64,000 bases of DNA, from positions 16,026-80,025 of the forward strand of contig JAJRTE010000082.1 of the NCBI GenBank assembly GCA_024278455.1, in the 5' to 3' direction. A model generated the notes under the pieces. The model made no database searches. It was not told the DNA's origin and saw only the letters and a list, made by a program, of their open reading frames with translations. The translations under genes were made by a program, and so were the position numbers. Origin of the DNA: Myxococcota bacterium. GTDB taxonomy: Bacteria; Myxococcota_A; UBA796; JAJRTE01. Below, one piece after another: positions 17,901-26,205 of the stretch (positions are counted from its first letter, which is position 1; every line of letters begins with the position of its first letter).

Positions 17901-18747
17901 AGGTCCGGCAGAGGCAGAGGGCGCCGTCGCCCGTGCAATCGCCCCCGCTGCTCGAGTCGCATGCATAAAAAATGTCTGCCGAGTCTGCCGAGAGCGCCAT
18001 GTACTCCCCGGTACCATCGCCGTCGATGTCTCCGCTCACGAGCACCGACGCGTTCCAGCCCGAGTTCCCGAGCGCCGTGGCAATCATGCCGGACTGCGGG
18101 TCTCCTGGCCGCCCGATGTCGAGCCAGAAGGCGTCCCGGACCCCGCCGATGCTCAACCCGCAAAACAGCGAAGGGGAGGCGATGTCGCCGGAGGCCGGAA
18201 AAGACGTACACTCCCCCATGGTGATACCGCCCCCGTCCGGCCAGTCCACGCCGGACCAGACCTGGCCGCCGGTGCGGCCGTTGAAAAAGAAGATACCCCC
18301 GCCCGCCCGGGGCGATGTGACCACCACGAGAGGCACGAACTCGCCGTCCTCCTCATAGACACCGTCGTAGATTCCCAGAAGCTCACCAATCTCCCGGGGA
18401 GCACTCTCCCACTCGAGGCTCCCTTCGGTCGCGTTCCAGGCGCGAATGCGTCCCTGGTTGAGGTAGTAGATGAGCAGGTACGACTCGCCGTCATGCCGAA
18501 TCATCCGGGCCGACGTGTGGCCCCAGGCAAAGCCAGGACCGTAGATCGGCACCCGCCACAGCGGGCCGGGATGGGCGCCCCGGGCGTCCGTGATGGCCCC
18601 GGACGCGCCGTCCAGCCTGTTGGAGCTGAGGCGGTTGCCCCGAAGCTGTGGCCAGTCGAGTTGTGCGCCGGCCGGTCCGTCTGCCACGGCACTGGCTGAG
18701 AATGTACAGAATACCAGGCCTGAGACGAGGATCCTGAAGACAGACAT
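14980..18747 (-). CDS. giant secreted FG-GAP/VCBS-repeat (integrin-alpha-like beta-propeller) protein with C-terminal MopE-like motifs and a hydrophobic, poly-Arg C-terminal anchor
   Basis: Signal peptide 'MSVFRILVSGLVFCTFSASA' at 18747; the longer ORF-track start 18807 is also possible. It has many 'DxDGDGxxE' FG-GAP-type Ca-binding loops (DLDGDGRDEIVV, DVDGDGDEDILT, DIDGDGDHEAVI, DMDGDGLVEFVV). The C-terminus runs '...DTDGDGVPDLCDCDAADPEVYPGAPEVCDGKDNDCDD...' then 'LYGLVLAAAAIHRRRRRK'. Confidence 0.8.
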   Translation of the reverse strand: MSVFRILVSGLVFCTFSASAVADGPAGAQLDWPQLRGNRLSSNRLDGASGAITDARGAHPGPLWRVPIYGPGFAWGHTSARMIRHDGESYLLIYYLNQGRIRAWNATEGSLEWESAPREIGELLGIYDGVYEEDGEFVPLVVVTSPRAGGGIFFFNGRTGGQVWSGVDWPDGGGITMGECTSFPASGDIASPSLFCGLSIGGVRDAFWLDIGRPGDPQSGMIATALGNSGWNASVLVSGDIDGDGTGEYMALSADSADIFYACDSSSGGDCTGDGALCLCRTSSPAPVVGHRNMAFLGDTDGDQEPELVEAGLDSKLEIALALVELSVDGGTEVAWKYTYGNGQELGYTVPVRVLLARGGPVDLDGDGRDEIVVSLFDDTGEELDADGNPVSDGVDLAGEWVLAVFDGTGRLLAQAERMFAHGVADLRPDGTLEIVAQTTDGSDISGPLKGLELHREDGAWTLNTAWEAAGASSGEDTSPPSLVPLNYLPRPQRPGAGWRGHDEYYQPDDSATTLAIVDLEGDGRPGLMVKLDGQISLLRIDEQGNATLTPANHEPTCQQVADVVGSGPDILIVLDGEENCAQVLGQDLEPVGEPVGDFRPQGSPWPYAVQLRPDGPAVLIVNKWNSPVYFPASGDSAPDAMCSLPGQFVFAADLDGDQVKEVVTYRSEERNFPVRLVDIDPNQGTCTVRAEMGGTDYPDHTLNGLLFGYGDVHSASDSSPAPGYELVWGGIDYSQWQSDDILLGALAVAPGEEDGITPPPAPWDLDWVTYSTTGYRYQYARSRAIVYDLDGTPGNGDEILLQYHSSTELFRGGERIASWSNTHSSASNMAGDFLGDGRVDYLQLANDGRSPAPVSLWKLLDDAGDFEPTLVWTQQLDTFPTQNPYADYAALDVDGDGDEDILTISAMGAFEIRDGATGNLLDGYPVFLDGGEVLTTRPAGARSCSVVLAVDIDGDGDHEAVIGTDEGKIYALRIAGGGSPALLWTRDRGTPIRHIVPADMDGDGLVEFVVSADDGAIEVLDARPSTLEIITPDDGACLPDETFLVAGRTTWIDHVVIKVQGVVLGEADPAPVQDGSFAIEMALPSSGEWYDLVVEGYLRGEMQCSQTVQVNFTPADTDGDGVPDLCDCDAADPEVYPGAPEVCDGKDNDCDDLVDDEDDPVWGQEKFCRDADGDGLGDPDVYVVQCSPPAGYVDNCIDCNDDVPACTGPIETGEGGSRHAALTPLYGLVLAAAAIHRRRRRKTGAGSRGPGRPK

Positions 18748-18976
18748 TTCCAGGTAGGCCTGCAGTCGAGATCTTGTACCAGGTTCCATCGGTTCGACCT
18801 CCTGCAAAGGGGGGTTGGCAGAAGCTGGACACCATCCCAGGTGTGAAGACTCCGGGCCTCTGCCGCCACTATGTCCACTGATCAGGATGCCTGAAAATGC
18901 CGATGGTTAGCAAGAAATCGGTCTGGGAAAGCTGCCTGGTTCCTGACAGGCGCTGGTCAACTTCGTCGAGACAGGG

Positions 18977-19540
18977 CTACTGTCCCACGGGCTCGAGGTC
19001 CGAGCGGAGCGCGTCCCGCTGGGTTGCTGTCAGGACGGTTTCGCACCGCAGTGCCGGCAAGTCCGATCCGAGGGCCACGGGGACCTCGCCGTGGGTGTGG
19101 AACTTGAGAAACTGCACGGAGGAGAGGCGGTCGTCGCCCACCTGCCTGGGGTCGTGGCTGGCGCGGACCAGGGTGCCATCCTCGAGACGGGCGTAGATGT
19201 GAGAAACGAGGTCCAACCACTCCCTGAGCCGGACAGCACGCTCGGCCTCGCCGGTGATTTCGATCAACAGCGTACAGCCCAGTTCCCCGGGACCGCCGAG
19301 CAATTCGTTGTAGGTCTCCAGTTCGTGGCGAATGTCGGCCTCCTTGACCATCCGTTCGGCGCGGACCATCTCGAGCACCTGGTAGCGCACCGTCTCGTGG
19401 TTCTCGAAGAGGAAGGTCAAGTATTGCCCCACGTGGATACGACGTGCCGCCTTGGCCCTCATGGCGCTCGTCCGTATCGTATCGCGCTGCTCCTCGTAGG
19501 TCATGTAGTCGAGTATCTCGTCTCGCCGCACTGTATTCAT
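18977..19540 (-). CDS. DUF3501 family protein
   Basis: 187-aa protein starting 'MNTVRRDEILDYMTYEEQRDTIR'. Recalled family signature: DUF3501 proteins are about 190 aa and are conserved partners of rubrerythrin/CCG-FeS genes. The upstream extension in the ORF track is Arg/Pro-rich and was rejected. Confidence 0.65.
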   Translation of the reverse strand: MNTVRRDEILDYMTYEEQRDTIRTSAMRAKAARRIHVGQYLTFLFENHETVRYQVLEMVRAERMVKEADIRHELETYNELLGGPGELGCTLLIEITGEAERAVRLREWLDLVSHIYARLEDGTLVRASHDPRQVGDDRLSSVQFLKFHTHGEVPVALGSDLPALRCETVLTATQRDALRSDLEPVGQ

Positions 19541-19575
19541 GGCATCACCCGTTGAGAACGCGGCACCGGCGGCCC

Positions 19576-20919
19576 TCACCCGGATACGGGCGTGGGGAAC
19601 CCTCCCGTGCGATAGGCCCTGGCCAGAATGGTCATGGGATGGAGCGGCTTGACGCCAGCATGCTGCTGGAACTGGACCGCGGCGAGGGGGCATTCCGTGG
19701 CCCAGATCTTCGCATCGGCCTCGACCATGGCGTCGAAGGCCCGCCGGCCAATCCGCTGCGACGGCGCGAACCCCTCCACGGTCATGGCGTAGGTCCCGTT
19801 GTGCCCACAGCACTCCATGACGGTGGCGACGGAGACGCCGGGGATTTTCTTCAACAGGTCCCGCCCCTTGAACCCGACCGCCTGGACGCGCAGGTGGCAG
19901 GGGGCGTGGTAGGCCACACGGCCAGGTGTACTCTTGAAACCGGTGTCGAACCGATCGTCCCGGCGTATGGACCACAGGTACTCCCCGGGGTCCCGGACAG
20001 CTTCCGCAAGAACCTGTGCCCGCGCGCGGTCCTGCCCGGACAACAGCTCCGGGTACTCCCGCCGCATCATCATGGCGCAGGTGGGGTTGAGCACGAGCAC
20101 CTTGGCGCCGGCGCGCACGTAGGGCATCAGCCGGTCCAGGTTGTTGCGGGCGTTGGCGCGCAGGGTCTCGAGGTCTCCACTCTCCCAGGCGGGCATGCCG
20201 CAGCAGACGAGGCCTCGCACGCAGGTGGCGTCGACACCGTTCTTCTCGAGCACGTAGAGCAGGTCGAGGCCTATCTGGGGATCGTTGTGCTGGACGAAGC
20301 AAGTCTGGAACACGACCACTTCCGCGGGGGGGCCCAACCGCACCCGCCCGGTCCGCTCGGCCAGTCGCTCGAAGGTCACGGAGGCAAAATCGGGGAGCAG
20401 CTTGTCCCGGTGGATCCCGAGCGATTTCTCCATCAACCGGCGCTGGAGCCGGGATCGATTGAGCCGGTTGACCAGGCCGCCGCTCGCCCGTGCCAACTTG
20501 CCTGAAGCGTCCGGATCACCCAGGAACCGCTCCCGCAAGGTCGGCGCTCGCCCCCGGCGGTGCACCGCCTTGTACCGGTGGACCAACTTGGGGAAGTCGA
20601 GTTGGAATTCGTGGCCGTCTCGAGGCGTGTACGGACACTGGACCTCGCACAGCTTGCACTGGAAGCAGGCGTCCATGATGCGTTGCACATCGCGCTGCCC
20701 CAACCGCCGGACATCTCCCTCGCAACGTCCATCGACGAGGTCGAACAGGGCCGGAAAGGCGTCGCAGAACTTGAAACACATCCGGCACCCCTGGCAGATC
20801 TCGAATGCCCGGAAGATCTCCATCTCGAGCATGTCGTCTTCCCAGTAGACGGGGTCTTCCGGGTCGTAGCAGAGTCCTTCGGTGGGATGATAGGATAGGT
20901 GTTTCCCGGAATCGGTCAT
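19576..20919 (-). CDS. Fe-S cluster-binding oxidoreductase with two 4Fe-4S ferredoxin motifs and two CCG domains (HdrD/GlcF/GlpC-like)
   Basis: GGGAGGGAG RBS. Motifs 'CQGCRMCFKFCDAFP' and 'CFQCKLCEVQCP' (2x CxxCxxCxxxCP), plus Cys-rich CCG-type motifs 'CVRGLVCCGMP' and 'APCHL...MECCGHNG'. Confidence 0.8.
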   Translation of the reverse strand: MTDSGKHLSYHPTEGLCYDPEDPVYWEDDMLEMEIFRAFEICQGCRMCFKFCDAFPALFDLVDGRCEGDVRRLGQRDVQRIMDACFQCKLCEVQCPYTPRDGHEFQLDFPKLVHRYKAVHRRGRAPTLRERFLGDPDASGKLARASGGLVNRLNRSRLQRRLMEKSLGIHRDKLLPDFASVTFERLAERTGRVRLGPPAEVVVFQTCFVQHNDPQIGLDLLYVLEKNGVDATCVRGLVCCGMPAWESGDLETLRANARNNLDRLMPYVRAGAKVLVLNPTCAMMMRREYPELLSGQDRARAQVLAEAVRDPGEYLWSIRRDDRFDTGFKSTPGRVAYHAPCHLRVQAVGFKGRDLLKKIPGVSVATVMECCGHNGTYAMTVEGFAPSQRIGRRAFDAMVEADAKIWATECPLAAVQFQQHAGVKPLHPMTILARAYRTGGFPTPVSG

Positions 20920-21106
20920 ATTGGCTCCCTCCCTTTGCAGCCCGGGTGGGTATCGGTGCGCGCCTCCCCGGTGACCACTTCTGGTTGTTGCCTTACCGCA
21001 AAGGAAGTCACTTGTCCAGGTAAATACCCCGCACACGGTGCCGAAAAAAGCACCGGCGCCACACGGCCGCGTGCCGCCCATGCCCTCGAGTCGGCGGGGA
21101 TCGAAA

Positions 21107-21526
21107 TCAGCTTATGCTGTCCAGCATCTTCTGGAAGCGGCCGGCGTGGGACTTCTCGGCCTTGGCAAGCGTCTCGAACCAGTCGGCGATCTCCTCGAAG
21201 CCCTCTTCTCGAGCCGTCCTGGCCATGCCCGGGTACATGTCGGTGTACTCGTGGGTCTCACCCGCGATGGCGGCCTTGAGATTCAGCTCGGTGTCGCCGA
21301 TGGGCAGCCCGGTGGCGGGGTCGCCCACCTTCTTGATGTAGTCCAGGTGGCCGTGCGCATGACCGGTTTCCCCCTCGGCGGTCTCCCGGAAGTTCATCGC
21401 CACCTCCGGGTACCCCTCCACGTCGGCGATCTTGGCAAAGTACATGTACCGGCGATTGGCCTGCGATTCCCCGGAAAACGCGGCTTTCAGATTCTCGAGC
21501 GTCTTGCTGTCCTTCAATGGCGCCAT
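21107..21526 (-). CDS. rubrerythrin-like diiron protein (ferritin-like domain only, no rubredoxin domain)
   Basis: 139 aa with paired E...ExxH diiron ligands: '[12 protein letters not shown]' and 'ETGHAHGH', then '[11 protein letters not shown]' and 'AEKSHAGRF'. Confidence 0.8.
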   Translation of the reverse strand: MAPLKDSKTLENLKAAFSGESQANRRYMYFAKIADVEGYPEVAMNFRETAEGETGHAHGHLDYIKKVGDPATGLPIGDTELNLKAAIAGETHEYTDMYPGMARTAREEGFEEIADWFETLAKAEKSHAGRFQKMLDSIS

Positions 21527-21872
21527 GGTGTGGTCCTCCTCATTGACGTTGCGATTGCTCCAGACGACGTTGGGTGTGCTGCGCCACGCCTCGACGCCTC
21601 ACCGGCGCCCGTCCGGCGCACCACCGGTTCGGGGCGGGCGAGCAAAGCCGCGCCGCCGTCCCGACCGCATCGAGGTTCCTGGCACGAGGAACCCCTGTGT
21701 GGTGCCAACATATAACCACGCACCGCCAGGTCGCCAGCACTATCGTCCCAATCTGTGAACTACTTCTCCAAACGTTCGCCACCGGGACAGCACCCGCATG
21801 GTGCGGGAAGCATGCCGCGGCGTCACCGCCGTTGTGCTTGACCTCGAGCACGACCGGAGTACAATTCCCCTC

Positions 21873-22796
21873 ATGGCACATCCGAGCAACGGCTTCAAGC
21901 ACTGGGCGTGGATCAGCGGGGGGCTGTTCGTTGTCGCTCACCTGGTGCTCGTTCTAGGCCTCCAGCAGGTGTTCGACTCGTTCGTCGCCCTGACAGGTGG
22001 CGTCATCGTCGGACTCGGCGCCTATGCTTCCTATCGCTTCCACCCGGCGTTGTGGCGGAATCCGTGGGCAGCCCTGGTCGTCGGGGGTGTCATCGCCACC
22101 GAGTGGAGCTTGTTCGACGAGGCCATGCGTCCACCCCCGCCACCGGAACCACTGGCCATCATGCGTGCCGGCGACGGCACGTATCGCCTCAACCGCGGCG
22201 GCAGGATGCAGCTTGCGCGTGTCTACTTCGTGCTGCCCGAACCCGCGGAGGAGCGCACCTGTCCCACGGTCCTGGGCGCCGTCAGGGTCACCAGGCCCCT
22301 GGACGACACGACGTCCCGTGTCGATTGGATCGTCGTGCGAAGCAAGTACGCGGGCCGCGCCAAGTACCCGGTACGGCCCTTGCGACCCGGCGAAAGCCCT
22401 CCCTCCCCATCCAAGTTCGCCACGCTGACACCAGGAACGGCACCGGGCAGGGTTGTCCTGGACGTGGGATCCGCCGAAGGCGTCAAGGTGGACCAGGTCT
22501 ACGCCCTGTACCATCCCGGAGGCCGGGGCCGTGCCGGCTACGCGGTGGTGGACGCCCTGTCCGAGCACACGTCGGAAGGCTACCTGGCCATGGCCAACCC
22601 CACCTATCCGCACGACGCGGACCGGATCGGGGTCCTCAAGAACGTGCTCCAATACGCCATGACCCAGGCCGAAGTCGACTATCTCGCCGGAGACCTCGAG
22701 GCCGCCAGACATGGCTTCCAGGAGGTCCTCGAACTCTCGAAAGGCACGAACCAGCGGGCCATCGAACGTCTGAGCACGATCGACGCGCGACTCTGA
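21873..22796 (+). CDS. hypothetical membrane-anchored protein
   Basis: One N-terminal TM helix 'WAWISGGLFVVAHLVLVLGLQQVF' and a second 'GGVIVGLGAYASY'. The rest is soluble. The start could also be ATG at 21798. No domain recognised. Confidence 0.4.
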   Translation: MAHPSNGFKHWAWISGGLFVVAHLVLVLGLQQVFDSFVALTGGVIVGLGAYASYRFHPALWRNPWAALVVGGVIATEWSLFDEAMRPPPPPEPLAIMRAGDGTYRLNRGGRMQLARVYFVLPEPAEERTCPTVLGAVRVTRPLDDTTSRVDWIVVRSKYAGRAKYPVRPLRPGESPPSPSKFATLTPGTAPGRVVLDVGSAEGVKVDQVYALYHPGGRGRAGYAVVDALSEHTSEGYLAMANPTYPHDADRIGVLKNVLQYAMTQAEVDYLAGDLEAARHGFQEVLELSKGTNQRAIERLSTIDARL

Positions 22797-22805
22797 AAGG
22801 TGTAC

Positions 22806-25800
22806 ATGGACTGGAAGGTCGGATACAAGGTCATCCATCCGTTCAACCCCGACTGGGGTGTCGGCAACGTCATCGCGGTGGGTCCCCAGGGACGCCACAT
22901 CACCGTGCACTTCCCCGCAACCGACGAGACCGTCACGCTCTCGACCCACGAGGCCGCGTTCCATCGGTGGACGTTCCCCCCGGGTTCTCGAGCAACCGTG
23001 GTGGAAGGCCCATCGGCGGGACAGGATGTCCTCCTCGTGGCCCGCGAGCGCGGCTCGAGCGGCCACGACACCTACCGCACCGACAGCGGCGCCGACATTC
23101 CGGAGCAGCACCTCGAGCCGCTGGGGCGCGTGGACGGACCGCTGCAGAGGCTCGAGCGGCTCGATATCGACTTGGTCGACCACTACGAAAACCGCTACGC
23201 CGGCATCCAGCTCGACCTCGAGCGGCAGACGCTCGGCATTCCGGGCATTCTCGGCGCTCGAGTCATGCTGTTCCCCCACCAGTTGCACGTGGCCCACGAG
23301 GTTGCGCGGAAACAACCGGTGCGGGCCCTGCTGGCCGACGAGGTGGGGCTTGGCAAGACGATCGAAGCGTGCATGATCTACAGTGCCCTTCGCCAGGCCG
23401 GGCGTGCCGATCGTGTCCTGGTCGTGGTCCCGGATGCGCTGGCCGTTCAGTGGCTCGGCGAGTTGTACCGGAAGTTTCACGACGTGTTCGTACTGATGGA
23501 CGCCGATCGGGTGGACGACGCGGAGCAGGACCACCCGAACCTTAGTCCGTGGCAGGTCTATCCTCGCACCGTCTGTTCCCTCGACTTCCTCACGAGCCAC
23601 CGGCTCCTCGCCGTCGACGCCGCCCAGCTCGAGGAAGGCTGGGACCTGTTGATCGTCGACGAGGCGCACCATCTCCGGTACGACACGCAGGGGGCCAACG
23701 AGGCCTACCAGGTCGTGGCGGAACTGGCGTCCAACACCCGCAACATCCTTTTCCTGACAGCCACGCCGATGGAACTCGATCGCCGGGAATACTTCGGCCT
23801 GCTCAAGCTCCTGCGTCCCGGCCTGTTCCATGATTTCGACCTTTTCGAAATCCAGCTCGAGGAGATCGCCGCCGCGAGCGAGTTGGCCAAGGAACTGGGC
23901 AGGGCGCTCGGTGAACCCTCGCCGGCGGGCAACGGTGCCCCGGCAGCGGAGTCCGGGTTCCACCTCCCGGACGACCTTCCGGAGCGGGTGGCCGACGCCT
24001 TCACCGATGACGCCCGTCTCGAGGTCCTGGCGGAACTCGCGGTGGGGGGGAACCAGGACGCGGCGGTGCGCTTGCTCGACGCGCTGACTCGGCTGCACCC
24101 GCTCGGAGACACCGTGTTTTCCAACACGCGGGCTCGAGTCGGTGGGTTTCCTGATCGGCGAAGCGAGATAAGGGTTTTCGACCAGAGCGAAGCGCGCCGA
24201 GCCATTCATGAACGCATGCACGACTGGGTGGTCGAACAGGCCCGGAGCGAACGGCTGGGCCCGCAGTCGCGGCGAGCGCTGCAGCTCTTCAAGCTCCTCC
24301 GGCTCTCCTCCGGACCGCTGGCTGGGCTGCTCGAAGAACTCGAGCAGGTCCGAAGAGGAACCCCTCCCGGGCAGAAGCGACGATTCCTGGAGGAGATGGT
24401 AGGCCTTTGCGAAGCCACGATCACGGAAGACAGTGCCCGGCTGGATGCGTTGCTCGACGAAGTCAGGAACACGATCGCCCATGGAGAGAAGCTCCTGGTG
24501 TTCGTCGGACACGTCGCTGACCTCGAGCACCTGAAGAACCGCATCGAGGCCCGGGTCGGGGTGCGGGTGGCGACGTTCCACGAGCGCCTGCCCGCGGCGG
24601 ACCGTGACATCCAGGTCGCCATGTTCCGCGCGCCCGACGGCTACCCGGTGTTGCTCTCCACGGAAGCCGGTGGAGAGGGACGAAACTTCCAGTTCTGCCA
24701 CCGCCTGGTCCACTACGACCTGCCGGCCAGTCCCAACCGCGTGGAGCAGCGCATCGGCAGGCTCGATCGTATCGGACAGCGCCACGCCGTGGAGAACATC
24801 GTCATCGTGTCCCGCGACACCGTGGAGCACCACCTCGCGACGCTGCTGCAGGAGCACATCGGCGTGTTCGAACAGACCATCGGCGGTCTCGACCCGGTCA
24901 TGGAGACCATTGGGGCTCGAGTCGTGGCGTTGTCCCTGAGTCCAGGCGGCCGGTCCGCATCCGCGTGGAGCGCCCTTGCCGACGAAGCCCGTTCGTTGCT
25001 CCACGGCGCGCGGGACGCCATTGCTCGAGGTCTCGATCACCTGCTCCACCGGGGGGCGTTCGACCCTGCCCAGGCTGCGCGGATCCAGGCTGCCATTCCC
25101 GGAGACATCGAGGAACGATTCGAGGAATTCATCATCGACTTTTGCGAGTTGACCGGCATCACGGTGCAGGACAAGGATGGACGGAGCACCTATTTCCTTG
25201 GCCTGGACCGGTACTGTATCTTCGACGCATTGCCCGGCGTTCCGCTGGGCAGCAGGTTCCTGGGGACGTTCAGGCGCGAAACCGCGTTGGAACGCGAGGA
25301 CTTCGACTTTTTCGCGTCTGGCCACGCGCTCGTAGAGGGCATTTTCGGGTTCATCCGTGACACGCCTTACGGGACCACGACGATCCGGCGGTACAAGGGG
25401 ACCGGGTTCAGGCCATCCACGGGCGTCCAGTTCAACTTCCGGTTGATCCCGGAGGCACAGGAAGACGTGGACGCCGGCGCGTTCTTCCCTCCCAGGCTCG
25501 TCCCCATCGCGGTCGACCTCGACGGGACGCTTCGTCCCGAGCTTGTCGACCTGCTCACCGCACGCTTCTCCAAGGCCTACCCGGTGGACGTGGAGGAGAT
25601 CCGGCACGGTTCCATACAGCCCGGCTGGCTGGATCGCGCCGCCCGCGCCGCCCGGGAGGAGGCTGGGAGGATATGGACCGACGCCGTGGCGGAGGCGCAA
25701 CGGCGATTCGATACCTTCGCCGAGGAAGAACGCGCCAGGCTCGAAGCCTTCTTCGAGCACCGGCTGGACACCGCGGAAGCGGTCATCGCCTTCAGCTCCA

Positions 25801-25949
25801 ACGCCCGCCACGTGGCAGCAGCCAGGAAAGAATTGGTCTCCATACAGGAGGAATGGAAACGGCGGATCGAGCACCTGCGCCGTCGCCGCAAGCGGCTGTC
25901 TCGAGGCGAACCGGTGGTGGATTCGGTGAGCCTCTACATCATCGAGTAG
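22806..25949 (+). CDS. rapA: RNA polymerase-associated SNF2-family ATPase RapA (HepA)
   Basis: Strong colinear resemblance to E. coli RapA: '[38 protein letters not shown]' versus '[37 protein letters not shown]'. It has the '[11 protein letters not shown]' DEAH box and the helicase C motifs '[14 protein letters not shown]'. The start is 22800 or 22806. Confidence 0.85.
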   Translation: [1047 protein letters not shown]

Positions 25950-26205
25950 GTCACGGGCGCACCGCGCGTCCCTGCTGCTCCGGCGCGCGCACGACGATGA
26001 GCGAAACCTCGGCGCGTCCGGGCGTGGGCCACGCCCACGAGCGGCGGGAATCCCGCTTTCCGCGCAACGACAGAAGCTGGCAGCCGGCGCTCGTTGTGCT
26101 ATCATGGCAAGCTGCGTTGTTGGCCGTGAGGCTTGCAGGCGCACTCGCATGCACCCCGCGTCTCACGTGTGGAAGAAGAACCCCTTGTGCCGATCGGAAC
26201 ATACC

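Noticed and set aside
15565-18699. 1044-aa plus-strand ORF antisense to the FG-GAP giant
   Set aside because: No domains and Arg/Gly/Pro-rich. The minus-strand frame shows dozens of FG-GAP Ca-loop motifs and a signal peptide.
22800-25949. SNF2 helicase as part of a defence system (DISARM/Zorya-like) rather than RapA
   Set aside because: The N-terminal region is colinear with E. coli RapA's RNAP-binding domains and the C-terminus matches RapA_C. No methyltransferase, nuclease or other defence-associated partner genes are adjacent.
21954-26150. 1398-aa minus-strand ORF spanning the rapA region
   Set aside because: The plus strand has unmistakable RapA/SNF2 motifs ([8 protein letters not shown], DEAHH). 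The antisense ORF is low-complexity.
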